From Amoebophrya sp. A120 (lineage: Eukaryota; Protista; Dinoflagellata): 64,000 bases of DNA. Positions 1 to 12,539 of this stretch are shown one piece after another. The stretch's first letter is position 1, and each line of letters begins with the position of its first letter. The stretch lies in assembly GCA_905178155.1 (NCBI GenBank), contig CAJINV010000004.1, positions 10,399,655-10,463,654 on the forward strand. Reading direction: 5' to 3'. The notes below the pieces were generated by a model. The model did not search any database and was not told the DNA's origin. It was given only the letters and a program-made list of their open reading frames with translations. A program made the position numbers and the translations under genes.

Positions 1-1401
1 GTCGTACAGCTCTGTTTCGACCTCTCTCGACGAGTCGCAGAAGAGCGCGTTCGTGGTTATTGCACTACCAGTACCTGCTCCAAGCGGCCTGGCGCTCATC
101 GAGGTGGACAGCAGAATCGCGCCGTTGATCGATGCCTGCCTGCTGGCATCCACACAGACAGTACTGGTCCTACTTTTCATCGTTGACGACTCACTTTCTG
201 TTCCGGAAACAGAGCTCGTTGTTCGGAGAATATACCCCGCGGCACAGGAAAGACACTCGTGGCCGCCATTCGCCGAACATGCGGGGGAGGAGGACGCGCT
301 TCGCGGTGCACCGTCAGTGCAGTGACAGATGTTGGGTACGCAGTAGGGAGCCTCGCCGGCGGTGCTTCCGGCGGCAAGGGCTACTGGGCCGTGAAAGCCG
401 GCGTGGCACGACTTGCAAGCAATGCGGAGGGAGGAGCTGGAGGCGACGGATTTGTAGGTGTCCAGGGCGGAGGACGTTCTTGCGGTACTGTCACTAAAAA
501 CCTCGTGCTGGGACGTGCTTGTTAACGCTGCCTCTCCCCGACCACCTCTCGAATCATCTATTTCCAGCAACGAAACTTTGCTTGGATCCGGCTGGTAGAA
601 CAGGTCGGCTAAGGTCGACGAAGGTTTTTTTCGTCCGTAGTTCTCCAACGACGTACTAGAACTTGCACGACCTCCCGGTGCGCTACTACGATCTCCTCCG
701 GAAAAATTACCACCGCCGATCGCGAAGCTCTGGGCCCAAATCTCCACACACTCCTTACTATCCGCAGGTTCGCCGCCCGGGCAGGCACACGTCGCCGGGG
801 CGCAGGTCTCCGTGCGGGCGTCGAAGTAGTGGCCGGCATTGCAGGTCACGGTCTTGTCGCACCGATGCTCGTTGTGCGCGAGACACTGTTTTCCCACCGC
901 GGCCTTGTCGCCCTGCTCGCAGGTGCAGATGTTCGGAGTGCAGATGGACTCTGCATTTGTCGCTGATGAAATGCCGTCTTGTGCCGAAGATCCTTCTTGT
1001 AGTAGCAGTGCTGTTCCACTTGCAGTTCCGGTAACAGGAGAAGAACTGTCAACGTTCCTCCTCTCTAAGTGAAACCCCGCGTCGCAGCTTTCGCACTGCC
1101 TGGCTGCGCGGGAACTGCAGGCCGGACCCTTTGCTCCAAATCCATTCTCGCAACTGCACTCGTTCTGCTGGCAGCTCCGCGTCATGACGCTAGTGGACGA
1201 CGCATCTTCGGTCTCCACCTGCAGAAAAAAACCCGCGTCGCAGCTGACACAGAACTCGAGGTTGCGCGCCGGACAGGTAATTTGCGTCTGGCCGGAGACC
1301 GCCGCTTCCCCGTTTGCGCAAGAGCACGTATTAGGATACTCGGCATACCGTAATAAGCGGCTAAAGTGGTAACTCTTTCCGAGCCACAAAACAAAAAAGC
1401 T
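1..1401 (-). CDS. Partial Cys-rich repeat protein running off the left edge; 5' boundary uncertain, may be the 3' part of the 2143-7609 gene
   Basis: Minus frame reads YAEYPNTCSCANGEAAVSG...EFCVSCDAGFFLQ...QNECSCENGFGAKGPACSSRAARQCESCDAGFHL; no stop seen in the stretches checked; same NxCxCxNG...CxxCDAGF module as the neighbouring gene. Confidence 0.7.
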
Positions 1402-1417
1402 ATTGCGTCGCGCCGTG

Positions 1418-2130
1418 CGTGGTCCCCATAACACGAGCAGAAATGAAAACCCTTGCGCCAGGGCGAGGCGCCCCCTTTCTATTCTTGCGGAAAAAAGCCA
1501 AAGCTTCAAAGCGCTCCCTTTGCGGAAAAAAACCAAAGCTTCATCAAAGGACTAGCTTCCTATTTACGCGCTCAAATAGGATATCTATTTCTATGCTTTT
1601 CGAAAATGCAAAAACATAAGCTCCCTAATGGCCCGCGCCATTAGGGAACTGCTTCAGAGTTTTTGCATTTCCACTTGCGCATCATCGAGTGAAAAAAACC
1701 CAAAATCTCGAGCCATAAGTTCCCTAGTTGCACGTGCCAATAGGGAACTTATGTTTTTCGAAAATGCAAAAACATAAGCTCCACTTATGCCTCAGACTTT
1801 TTGCATTTTCGCATGATGGAGTGAAAAAAAAGAAAAACCCAAAATCTCGAGCCATAAGTTCCCTAGTTGCGCGTGCCAATAGGGAACTTATGTTTTTCGA
1901 AAATGCAAAAACATAAGTTCCCTAATGGCACGTGCCATTAGGGAACTTATGCCTCAGAGTTTTTGCATTTGCGCATCATCGTCATCGAGTGAATAAAACG
2001 CAAAATTTTCCCAGGGAAAAAGCAGAAGGAGAGAAATCCTGCAGCACCTAGCTCGGGAAGTCGGAGAATGCAGGAGCTAGCAGTCGTGCGGAAAAAGTTT
2101 CATTCGCTTGCTCTTGTTCTGTGGGCCGTA
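1418..2130. repeat. Array of ~40-bp palindromes in ~139-bp tandem units, bounded by a degenerate inverted repeat (foldback/MITE-like)
   Basis: Perfect palindrome CATAAGTTCCCTAATGGCAC|GTGCCATTAGGGAACTTATG at 1912-1951, variants near 1615, 1714 and 1853; 1694-1778 repeats at 1833-1917; weak IR between ~1420-1450 and ~2095-2130. Confidence 0.7.
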
Positions 2131-2142
2131 CCAAATTAGCCG

Positions 2143-5100
2143 CTAATTACGGTTTTTCGAGTAAGGCAACGCCATCAGGGAGACAGATTGAATCGTCAAG
2201 GGTTTACTACGGTTTGCGTGATTTGGCGTTTCGCCTACATTTCTCTCCTCCCCATTTTCTTCTGTCTGACCTATTCTTGAAAATTTCCCTGAAGGAGCTC
2301 CAGACGCCCGCCTCGGATGCTCCTCTCTCCTTGCGTTCCTATCGACTCTTCTCCGGACCGTAAGCACGCGTCCACGGTCGTCGCAGTCTCCTATCAGAAC
2401 CGTGCGGCCTCCTGCGTCCCTTGTTCGGTAGCTCTTTTTCCCATCACAGAGACGTCCGTCTACCAGAAGCTCAACCTGATGTTCAGCGGAGTCGCTGACG
2501 TGATCGGACTTGCCGTTCGGGGTTCGTTCAGCTGTACGAAGCAGGTGGTCCTGATTCTCTGAAGCAGGATCTGTTGTTGTTCTATCGGTATTTCCTGCGC
2601 TTCTATCATCCTTCCCGCCCAGAACCACCCTGTACTGAAACAACTGCAAGTCGAACTCTGACCGCAACCGCAGCTCTCCGTCCTGGTCTATCTGGATGGA
2701 CTGCGAGGAGGAAGACGAGGAGGAATATTTGAGTCCGCTTGCTGACATTCTTGTGCTACTTGATGTTCCATCTTCTGCAGAAGCTGCGTTGTTCCCAACG
2801 TCATTCTCCTCCAAGCTTTCGAGATCAACAAATCGTCTGCCTGCGTCCTCCTCCGCGCCAAGCACCAACTCCGCCTTTATCGGTGCGCCACCGACTTCTG
2901 CTAACTTCGCCCAGGATTGCCAATTTGCGACAGACGCCTGGACATGCTGGGCCTGCGAGGTGGACGATTCTATCTCCACGAAAGCGCCGCCGAAGTCGGA
3001 GGCTTTATTTGCATAATTTTCCGGCTCGGCACTCGGTCCAGCGACGGATGTTGACGAAGAGGTCGACAACAGTGTGTGCAGCTCCTCGGTGAACTGTTGC
3101 GCAGCACTTTGTCGCGCAGTAGCGATCGGATTTCTACCTGTGACGCGGTTGCGGAGTTGGATTGCCATGCGACCGCAGTCTCGCCGGGCCGGTTGTAACT
3201 CTCCTGCCGCCGTACTTGCTCCTTCTTCGAGTTTGATATTATTTGAGGTTCCACTTCTACTCCTCCCCCTTTTTCCTCCACTACGTCTGTCTATACCGGT
3301 CTGTAAGAAGGAAAACTGCTTTGGCGTGGAGACCGCAGATTCGAGGAAGGACACGTCGGCTTGGTCCTTATCGAGTAGACCGGAAACACCTCCCACTGAT
3401 TCACCTCCTTCCAGAAAATCTCTGTCATGGTTCATGCCGACAATGTACCTTTCCTCGCCTTTCAGCCCCGCGGCAGCTCCCGTGTTCAGCACGTCCCGCG
3501 CCGCAGTCGACATCGGTAGTTGCTTCGTCAACTTCTGCAATCCCGTACTGTACACCGTCTGCAGAAAAGAATACGCTTCGCGGGATGAGAAAGTGGCACT
3601 ACTTCTAGGATCACCTGAGCCTCCCGATGGAAAATCTTCGACGAGAGGGTTAATACCGGTCGAAAAGGTGGCAGATGTGGCTGAACTACTACCACTCCCA
3701 GCAGAAGTAGATGCAGTTGCTTCTTGGAGAAACGAAAGCACATCCTCGCGATCATCTTCAGTTGAAGATTGGCCCGCTTTCCACTCCTCCCGCCCGAGCT
3801 CCTCCAATTGCACCACCGGGTCCGCCGTCTGAATGCTGCTCACACTGCCCCGGCTTTCCTGCAGACACTTCACGCAAATCGCGCTCATCTGCTGTTGCGG
3901 GCGTAGTGCCTCGGTGCAGCGTCGCGCGCAGTCGGCGACGTCCTTGGGGAGCACCGGTTGCGGTATCAACTGTAAAAATGTCTGGGTCTGGAAGAATCCA
4001 ACTTGTCATGCTGATTTTGGATTCGAAAAAAATCTGTGATGCATGAGCAGCAAAGAGAGTCCAAGTTTTGCTATACGGAAAGAGCATTTGTCATGCGGTA
4101 TAGGCATCAGGAAGCCCTCACAAAATGTGTGATGCTAGGGCATGCATCACAGACATCAGGAGTCATGCAAAATGTGCAGGACAAACCTGGCAATCTTCCT
4201 GACCCAGACACTTTTTCATTTGATATGCGGCTCCCAACTGCAGTGGTCCGTCTTTTCCTCCAGCACAACCGCGTCTATCAAATGTAAAAATGTCTGGGTC
4301 TGGAAACTTGTGATGCTGGGTGGCGTCTCATGATGAGGTCACAAATGCTGGCTCAGCATGACAAGTTTCTGAGCTTCTAGGTGTTGCCTATTCTGCATGA
4401 CGAACTGCGTTCCTGCATCACAGAAAAATGGAGCTCTTGGGTAACGTGCATGACAGATTTAAGAGTCATGCCAGACAAGCATGACCAATAATAGCCGCGT
4501 CCGCGGAGGTAGTGAGGTCATGGCGGTCTTTTTGTCTTCACGCCAAAAAAAGACGCAACTCCTCTGCCCACCATGCCATCGTGGGTAATGTTATGCACGA
4601 CGGCACGGCGGTCGCTAAAAATCTCAATCCAGAGGCGGCCTCCTTTTGGTTTCGAATCGAAAAACCTTCCCCGCATGCTATGGCCCCGCCAGGGCCCGCG
4701 ACAGGGTCGGCCTCTTGGGAGCCCCAAATCGGGCCCATAGCATGCGGATTGGCTTTTTGCTTTTGGCGGACTTTATTTTTTTTGTTTTTTTTTGCCAAAA
4801 TGCCGCATCTTCTGGCCTTCAGTCCGCCTCTGAAATGGCGGATCTTGAAGGCGTCTGCTGCGGGGCCCGAATGTGGGGCAAAATGGGGCCCATACCATGC
4901 GGATTCGCTGTTTTTTTCGGATTGTTGATTTTTGGGCGCACCTTTCTGGGCGCCCCAAACCGCCAGAAACCAAGGCGGTGGGCGCCTCAGAAGGGCGCCC
5001 CTTTTGCCGGCTCCCCTGCGTCGTTTTATCAAGTGCGAATCGATAGTTTTCGACCGGGCTTGTTTGTTGGCAAAGCCCCGGCCGCTTGATAATTGGAAAC

Positions 5101-7609
5101 TTTTTATGTCAAAAAACACCTCCGGCCAGTTGAAAACTGCGGGTCGTTTTGGATAAGACATGTCAAAAAGATCGCTAGATTAGAACGTTCGTGACCTCAC
5201 TACATACAAACATGCATTCTTCCAGACCCAGACATTTTTACATTTGATAGCGTCACAGATGTCCCCATTCATGGCCGCGGCGGTGAGACTGGCGGTCTGG
5301 TGCAGTTTCCGAATCTTCTCGAAGAGCGCGATGGATTCCAGGGGGAGGTGTTGATTTTTAATACCGGTGGCTCCAGTTTTGTCTTCCCCATGCAGCTCTT
5401 TCGCATTTTTCAGCCAGTTGGAGAGGAAATCGTCTTGGTCCTGTTGGTGTTGGCTAAGCTGTGGCTTTTTTGGCGATGAACTTCTACCTGATCGCCCTGG
5501 TGCTGTTCCTACCAGCAACTCCTCATCGCCCTTCTTGTACAGGTTTGCTGTTGTTCCAGTTCCTGCCAACATTCCAGCAAAGTTGTCTCGTGTAGGCCGA
5601 ACAACTCCTCCCGCATCATTTGTTTCGCTTCCCTCGTAGTCGCAGAAGTACTTCTGTGCGAGCGCCAGCACGTGTTGTCGCTGATTTGCCTTCCCGTCCG
5701 CGTTGAACGCTAAGTCCTTCACGAACAGGACCGGCCCATCGCGCGGCAAAAACTCAATCGTCACGCACTGCTCGGTTCGGAGGTCCAGGAAGAACCCGGC
5801 CGTCGTGCACGTCGCGCACAGCTCCGTCGGCTCGCCGGAACACCTCGTCTCGTCTTGCACCGCCAGTCCGTTCGCGCAGCTGCAGTGATTTTTGCCTAGA
5901 GCCTTTTCGAACCGCTCCTTCTCTTTCCGCTCGCGCTCCAGCTTCTCCTCCCGCGCGCTAGCCGCCGCGGTCTCCTCGTTGAGCAGCGGCTCTGCGTCTG
6001 CCGCGGGGAGGTTATAACTTTCCTCCGGCAGGAGCTGCTCTTGCTGCGATGTGGGCGGCGGTGGGGCTGCTTCTTCTGGGTCGTTGTACTGAAAGTCTTC
6101 AAAACCGAAATCTTCGGCACTTCCAAAACCGCCGTCGGCCTCGCTGCGACACTGCTGGGAAATGACGTCGAGGCCGAAGCCGGCGTCGCACGCCGTGCAA
6201 AAGTGGTCCTGGTCCGTCTCGCAAATTTCCAGCGGCGTGCCGTTGTCGCACCGACACGTGTTCTGCAGGCAGCTGACCACTTCCTTCGTCGGCGCAACGT
6301 CCGGGTTCTGGCGCATTCCGGCCGGACACGCACCGCTGCACTTCACGGCGCCGTGCGCCGGGCAGTCGTCCCCGGAAGCGCCCAGGCCGCCGCCAAAGCA
6401 CAGGCATCGCTTCTGCTCCAGTAAGGTCACGGAGTCCAGGCTGGAAGAGGGGCTTCTCGTCGGGGACGACGGGAGAATGGCACGACTGAGTTGTTGTGCT
6501 CCTACAGCGTTCTCTTCCGGCGGCGTTTGCTCGTCCGCAAGAATACCATCGGCGACACACGCGAAGTCGAGAAGCGAATAACCTTCGATGACGAGTATTC
6601 AGTAGCCTCGGATTATGATCCGTCGTTGTAGGGAGAAATGCCAGATGTTGATGATTCAAAGCACAGTGAGTAAGATCCGAATTTCATCGAAGATCGTAGT
6701 TTTCAGAATCAGAGAAAAATTTCTACCATCGTTGCACTGCACACACCTTGTCTCGCCGTCCGTCTCGCAGGTGGCAGCTGCGGCTCCGTTTTCACAGCTG
6801 CAAGGTGCGTTTAGCGCCCGAGAATTCAGTGCAAGGAGGCTGATAGCATCGGTGCCTGTTCGTGCTCTTGTTCTCGCGCTAGACGTTGTTCCAGCGACTG
6901 TGACTTGCCCCTCCTGATAGCGATCATCGCCTTGTCGACGATCCACCACGACGGCCGCGTGTTTATTGCCCCGTAGAAGCGCTGCAGGTCTATTAGAAGC
7001 AGCAGTCGTTCGTGTGGACGACGACGCTCTTTTGCTTCTACCGCTAGAGCTGTCCTCTACCAAGATATCCTCGACCGCTTTCTCCACATGCTCCCGCTGT
7101 GATGTCGGCAGCTGCTCCTCGCGAAACGCAAGCTCCTCTTCCAGGTTTTGCACGGTGTCCACACGGTGCTGTCGCCGGTGCTTGCTGGTAACGCCCGTCG
7201 CCTCGTCGACACCATTACCGTTTGAAGAAGATCTGCCTGCATTTATTTCCCCCGTAGGTACACCATCAGCATGCGCACTTGTGCGACTTCCGCGATCAAC
7301 ATCGCCAGCAAGAATCGCGCTGTCACCAGCATGATTTGTTCCAGTTGTACTGCTAGCAGTCGCCTCTGACGCAGGCGTCGGTGCTAGCGCGACTTCTGCT
7401 GCCGGGAGGGTTGTGGCTTTGGACTTCCCTGTGCCGCCGCTCTCCCGCGCGCGCTTCAGTTGCCCTTGGCGGCCGGCACCGCCGAGGAGGGTGGTGCCCA
7501 GTTTCTGGAGCGCATCCGAGATGCTTGAGGTAGTCCATGCGGCCTGCGCAGGGGCGGTCGAAAGAACGAGGAAAACAGCTGCTCCGGCGGCGCGGAATCG
7601 GTAACTCAT
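2143..7609 (-). CDS. Secreted Cys-rich protein with low-complexity linkers (1 GT-AG intron, 2 introners)
   Basis: Signal-peptide-like MSYRFRAAGAAVFLVLSTAPAQA; joins CVQCNDG|YSLL (intron 6583-6726), ICDA|VVLEEKTDHCSWEPQ|PVLPK after removing 4276-5249 and 3964-4225 plus one TSD each. Confidence 0.75.
3964..4225. mobile_element. Introner family A
   Basis: TIR TATCAACTGTAAAAATGTCTGGGTCTGGAAG; TSD TGCGG; removal restores frame. Confidence 0.92.
4276..5249. mobile_element. Introner family A carrying a ~720-bp nested insertion
   Basis: Family A TIRs; TSD GCGTC; outer parts nearly identical to 14975-15226. Confidence 0.92.
4486..5207 (-). mobile_element. Nested non-autonomous element with asymmetric sub-terminal IR and terminal hairpin (Helentron/HINE-like architecture)
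   Basis: Absent from sister copy 14975-15226; GTAGTGAGGTCA 4509-4520 versus TGACCTCACTAC 5192-5203; hairpin CCGCG-TC-CGCGG at ~4495-4506. Confidence 0.6.
6583..6726 (-). other. Canonical GT-AG intron
   Basis: GTAGAA...CGAAG; joins CND-G-YSLL in frame. Confidence 0.75.
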
Positions 7610-9084
7610 TTTTCGCCACACATTTTGCGCTCTTCTACCCGTGGCTCGTGTCGCTCCTGTCGAACGGACGAAGCCAACGCTGCAACATTGAAGAACTCTG
7701 CGGCAAGATGAAAATGCCGATGCGGTAGTGCCTTAGCACGCCGGGTCTACTTGATCCTCAGAGAGGAGCTTGTCGTAAGAACGCAATCAAGCTGAGTAGA
7801 ATTTAACACAACATGCATCAAGAAGCTGGCAGAATCGCCCCATGGGATGGGGTGCATTCTCTCAAAAATCGCTTCGGCTCTCAAACAGCACTGACGCTTG
7901 AAGAAGCTGCTCTGCTCTTGGACCAACTCCTTGAACAAGAGGATGATAGCTCTTCAGAACACCACTTTGCCCCGCCGGACAAGTGCAAGTCTCTCTGCTT
8001 GCTAACAACAGAAGGTGGCACCCCGTGACCACACTCGCAATCTTCTATGATGACAGATAAATTGCTTTATTCGGAACAAGCAAGCCACCGCCTGGGCGCC
8101 GGCTGCGCCGACTCCGCTGCCCACGTGCTCGCCGCCGTACGCGAGGAGCGGGCGCTGGCTTGCGCCTGTGTGTTAAGTGCCGGCCGCGCGCGCGATCGTA
8201 GGCCCGGCGGGCGGTACTTTGCTCGTCAGGTAATGAAAACCTGGGCAACCGCGCCGCACGAAAAGGCAAGCATGTCCGGGCGGAACGAACGGCGCGCGAG
8301 GGGCGGCGCCAAAAATTCAAACGCCGGCAGGCGCCGAGAGCCAGGGCGCCAAAACCCCAAACGCCAAAACTGTCGCGCCCCTTGCAGAACCTGACGGCGC
8401 GGCTCGCCCGGTCGGCCATCAAGGCCGGCCAGCGCCTGAATCTGCGCGCGCCGGGGTTGTCCTCGTTCTTGCCGATGATGCGGAGTTGCGCAGCCAAGAG
8501 CTGCTCGCCCCTCAGCGGCGAAAAAAGGGAACTCGGCAACAAGGCTGGTTGTCAGATTGACGGCCAGCCACTCCGCATCTCGGACCGATTGCGACGCGAC
8601 TATCCAGCAGTCGGCTGCAAATGCATATGCAACACTTCCGGGGCATAGCTGGAGACACAGCCCCTGGGCCGAGCGAGCGAAGCCCCGCAAGACTTCTCGC
8701 TAGGCAATGTGACTCCTGCGCAGTAGGAACATGAAACACATTTCACACAATGCACTCGCAAGGAAGGTTGTAACACCAGTCCACAAGATCAATTCGCTCA
8801 AAAATCGCTCTAACTTTCATCACTCACACACAGGCAACACATCCTGCTCCCCCCTGGACAACTTCCTATGTATAGCAATAACGTGCATACGAACATGAGT
8901 GCAAGCTTTCTAGTCGCAACACGACGTCGCTGCAGAGCGGGACGCAGGTGCTGACGCTTCACCAGTGCATTGAATGATTCAAGATCGTCATATCGTCAAA
9001 GTGCTAGTCGTTTTCTGTCAGGCTACTCTACTAATAAGAAGTAGCGCTACTTCGTTTTCCAACTTGTGGTCAAAAAATTGCACG

Positions 9085-12000
9085 TCACAAGAAGAACCTT
9101 TCGAAATCAGCGTAGCCTGCTTTCTTGAACGCGCTGGCGACTTTCCGAAAACTCGCATCAAATTCCGGTCGCAACTCAATGTCGAGCCTTTGCGTTTTCG
9201 GCAAAACGCCCTGTTGAAACTCGGTCCGCGCTGCAGTAGGCCCTCCTGCTTGGGCTGCGTCCCGCTTTGACGTTGCTCTGCCACTTCCCAGCCTGCTACC
9301 TTTTGCGTGCAACGCCGCCACGCGCTCGGCATCTTCCGTTCCCCCCTCCGGCGGTGTGCGTGCCCGCGCAAGTGCGTCTTGCAGCGACACACCTCCGGCC
9401 CGTCTCTGATACGCCGACGAGCCCGCGCCATCCGATCTCCGGTATCGGACGCCGCGCTGCACCGGCTATCCTATGCAAAAACGTATCTGCCACACAATCG
9501 GGTTTGGAAATCGGTTCCATAAATCAAGCGCCTTCGGGGGTCATGCATCAGGAATTAGCAGTCACAAAGCGATTTTCTGATCCTCATTGTCGGACCATGG
9601 CCTGCAAACTCGACTAATTAGAAAACAGCTCTCAAAAGTAACCGTACAGATTTGCATGGCAAATACGGCGCGTGTCCGTTTCTCCGCAGGATATCGGCAC
9701 TCGAAACTTCATTTCGATCTCGTCCGGACCCAAGGGTTCGATATCCCTATATCCGGAGTAAAAACGCAACCACCACATAGAAAAGCCTGGAGTTTTGACG
9801 CATTCCCACGCAGCACTCACCAGCAAATGCTCGACCTCATCGGGCAGCACATGATACACGGACGTCCTGGCGCGTTTTTAGCATGACAAAATTCATCTGG
9901 AAAGATGGTTACGTTTTTACTCAGGATACTTCTTCCACCATGGTCTTGCGCAGGCGCGGGTGGTTGCGCAGCGATTCGAGATGTAACAGATATCCTATGT
10001 AAAAACGTCCCCACCCCATAGTCAAGATGCGGATCTCGCAACACAAGTCGAGAAGTTTTGGGAGTCACGCATGACAAGTTCCTCTCTGTATTGTAGTGCA
10101 GTTTAGCAAGTGCAGCCGCATCACAAAGCCATCTACTCATGTTGTTTATAGCATTACAAATTCCAAAACACTATGGAAAATTTCTCTCATGGGGATGCGC
10201 ATTACAAATCTTCCTGTAAATGCAAATCTGCATGACAACTATGGGCTGGGGACGTTTTTACTCAGAATAACAGACAGGGATTGGCCATCACCCGTGGCTC
10301 TGCGTCGTCGGCATCCCCCGGATATGCATTGCAAAAATGTCTTGGTCTGGAAGGCTGCGAACTTGTGATGCGTGGTGCGCATCCTGCAAAAATTTGTGTT
10401 GCATGGCTTGCAAAAGGCCCCTATTTCTGACCATTCTGAGAGGGCAGTTCTTATGCGGAATGGGCATCACTAAGGGGCTGCACAACCTGTGATGCTCGGT
10501 TCTGCGTTTCAGTCTTGGCGGAGCTTGGAAAAACTGAATGCCAAATCTCGGAATCTTCCAGACCCAGACATTTTTACATTTGATACCGGACCCCGAACGG
10601 CGACCTCCTGCGTCACGGGATTGACCGCAATGAAAATCCTATGTAAAAGCGTACCAAAACCAAAGCCAAGGCGGGAAAGTTGCTAAACAAGCAAATCCGA
10701 AAGTCTTGTTAGGAGGTACGCATACAACGCATGAGAAATTTTATTTCTGCGCACCAGTCGTGCTCAACTTGCACTCGTGGTTGTCGGTAGGCTTTTATTT
10801 AGAACTCAGGTGCATAGCGAGTTTGTAGTCCTCTCCAGTGACGATGTTGCGCGCGCGCAGACCCGGTACCAGGTCGAGTGTCACGGTCGCGAAGTCATTT
10901 TGCTCTTCCAATTCTCGGTAGCGATATTCCTGCATTGTCTCCGTGCCGTCTTCCACTGTTGTCACCCGTGTTTCTTCGTGTTTCGCGTCATCAACGAGCC
11001 GCTTCTTTTCGGCCGCGAGCAGTTTCCGTTCGGGCTCGTAGAGGAACTTCTTCAGGCACTCGGACCGCAGACTCGGGGCCTGCGTCTGCGCAGCCCCCAC
11101 CCCCGCCGCGCCCAAGACCTTCGTACCGCTCGCGTCGAGCCCCGAATCCACCAGCCGCTGCGTTACCGCCCGCAGGCCCTGCTCCACGGCGCGCGGAACC
11201 AATTGGTGAAAAGGCTGGGTTGCGTTGTTGGATTTCGCCGTGTGCTCCACTTCCGCAGCGAGCTGCGAGCCGAGCTTCCCCCCGAGCCCCAGGGACATTG
11301 CGTCCTGCATCATCTTGAGCACTTTGTTGTGCCCCAGGTGCAGCTATCAAATGTAAAAATGTCTGGGTCTGGAAGATTGCAGACTTGTCATGCATATTTT
11401 GTATGATGATTGATGCCTCTAATGCATGATCTAGCAACGCAGATTTTTAGAGTGCTTCCCAATGCCTATTCCGCATGAGAAATGCCCTCTCCGCGTAACA
11501 CAAACTGGAGTCCTGTTGCTGGTCATGCAATACAGATTTTTTTGGAATCCAAAGACAGCATTACAAGGCGCAATCTTCCACCAGACCCAGACATTTTTGC
11601 AATCCATAGCAGCCAGCCGCCAGTGCCGGGAAAGTTATCCCGTTGGTGCGCAGTTCGGAAAGCGATCAACTCGGAGTCGCGCGGAAGGTACTGTGACCAA
11701 TCGATGCTTAACGCGGAAAATTTCCGCTGCGCCACCTTCTCCGTGCCGTCCGCCGTTACGCGCTTCGTAAAGCCCGAGTACTTGCTGTGTGTTTCGCCCA
11801 GCAGGCTGGTGCGACGCTCCTTGACCAGGAACGGGCGCAGCGGCGAGTTGTTCCAGTGATCCGGGTTCGTGCGGCCCAGCGTGTCCGTTGCCAGAAACTT
11901 GCGCAAGTTCACCGTGTCAACGGCCGTCCAGTCCTGCGTGCCATCGTTCGTACTCGAGAGTGCCACCGCGCTGGTTTTGACACTTTGCCCCTCTGCGGGC

Positions 12001-12539
12001 TGTTCGGTACTTGCGCTTCCCGGTTGTTTCGCCACAGGAGATGCGGGCGTCGTGACTTCCTCCCCCGCGGCAGAAGAAGTGGATGCACCGCTGGTAGCAG
12101 CAGCATCTTCCGCATGTGTCGCGTACGCTTTTTCGGTGTCCACATAGGGAATGGACTCCGTGACGACGTCTATTTTCTCTCCGCCCGGGTGCGTCGGGCG
12201 CATCCGGAAGTCGTCGGGGGTTGGGAAGCTGAAGCTGGTGGCGACGACGCCCGCGCGCGTCGGGATATTTTTGAAGTCGCGGTAAAACATGGGTACCCGC
12301 AGTCGCAGCGATCCGTCGTCGGTCAGGTAGAAAGCCTGAAAGGGCTGCAGCTGCGAGACCAGAATGCGCTGCGTGCGCTCGACCGTTTCGGCGGGTCGCC
12401 GCGTCGTAATGGTCAGGGGGGTTGCGCTCGAGGGATGGGGGTCGAACGAGGGAAATACCTCCGCCGCAGTGTACTTGAGTAGCGTGTGTGGGTCATGCCT
12501 GCTCGGGCCGATGCCGAGAGAGGCGGGAAACTGCAACAT
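9085..12539 (-). CDS. Hypothetical protein interrupted by 6 introners (start uncertain)
   Basis: Joins GGWL|HLGHNKVLKMMQD ... IAVNPVTQEVAVRGP|GDADDAEPRVMANPCL|LHLESLRNHPRLRKTMVEE|DIEPLGPDEIEMKFRVP|VQRGVRY...ERFFL*. Confidence 0.7.
9467..9693. mobile_element. Introner family B (degenerate)
   Basis: TATCCTATGCAAAAACG...CAGGATA; TSD CCGGC/TCGGC; removal restores frame. Confidence 0.8.
9750..9928. mobile_element. Introner family B (degenerate, diverged TSD)
   Basis: TATCCGGAGTAAAAACG...CGTTTTTACTCAGGATA; flanks CCCTA/CTTCT; removing element + 5 nt restores frame. Confidence 0.75.
9991..10269. mobile_element. Introner family B
   Basis: TATCCTATGTAAAAACGTCCCCAC...GGGGACGTTTTTACTCAGAATA; TSD ACAGA. 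Confidence 0.9.
10323..10585. mobile_element. Introner family A
   Basis: Family A TIRs; TSD CCGGA. Confidence 0.9.
10635..10806. mobile_element. Highly degenerate introner (family B-like), boundaries approximate
   Basis: AATCCTATGTAAAAGCGTACC versus GGTAGGCTTTTATTTAGAAC; separates two coding blocks; no clear TSD. Confidence 0.5.
11345..11608. mobile_element. Introner family A
   Basis: Family A TIRs; TSD GCAGC. Confidence 0.92.

Noticed and set aside
1590-2010. CRISPR array
   Set aside because: Intervening sequences are themselves repeated, spacing is irregular, there are no cas genes and the context is eukaryotic
3074-3832. Long plus-strand ORFs opposite real genes (also 16073-16621, 25457-26140, 34403-35248, 62900-63895)
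   Set aside because: Antisense shadows of minus-strand coding regions
8046-8650. GC-rich block starting TATG and ending CATA as another introner
   Set aside because: No TIR, no 5-bp TSD and no motif arrays; may be an unrelated repeat but unsupported
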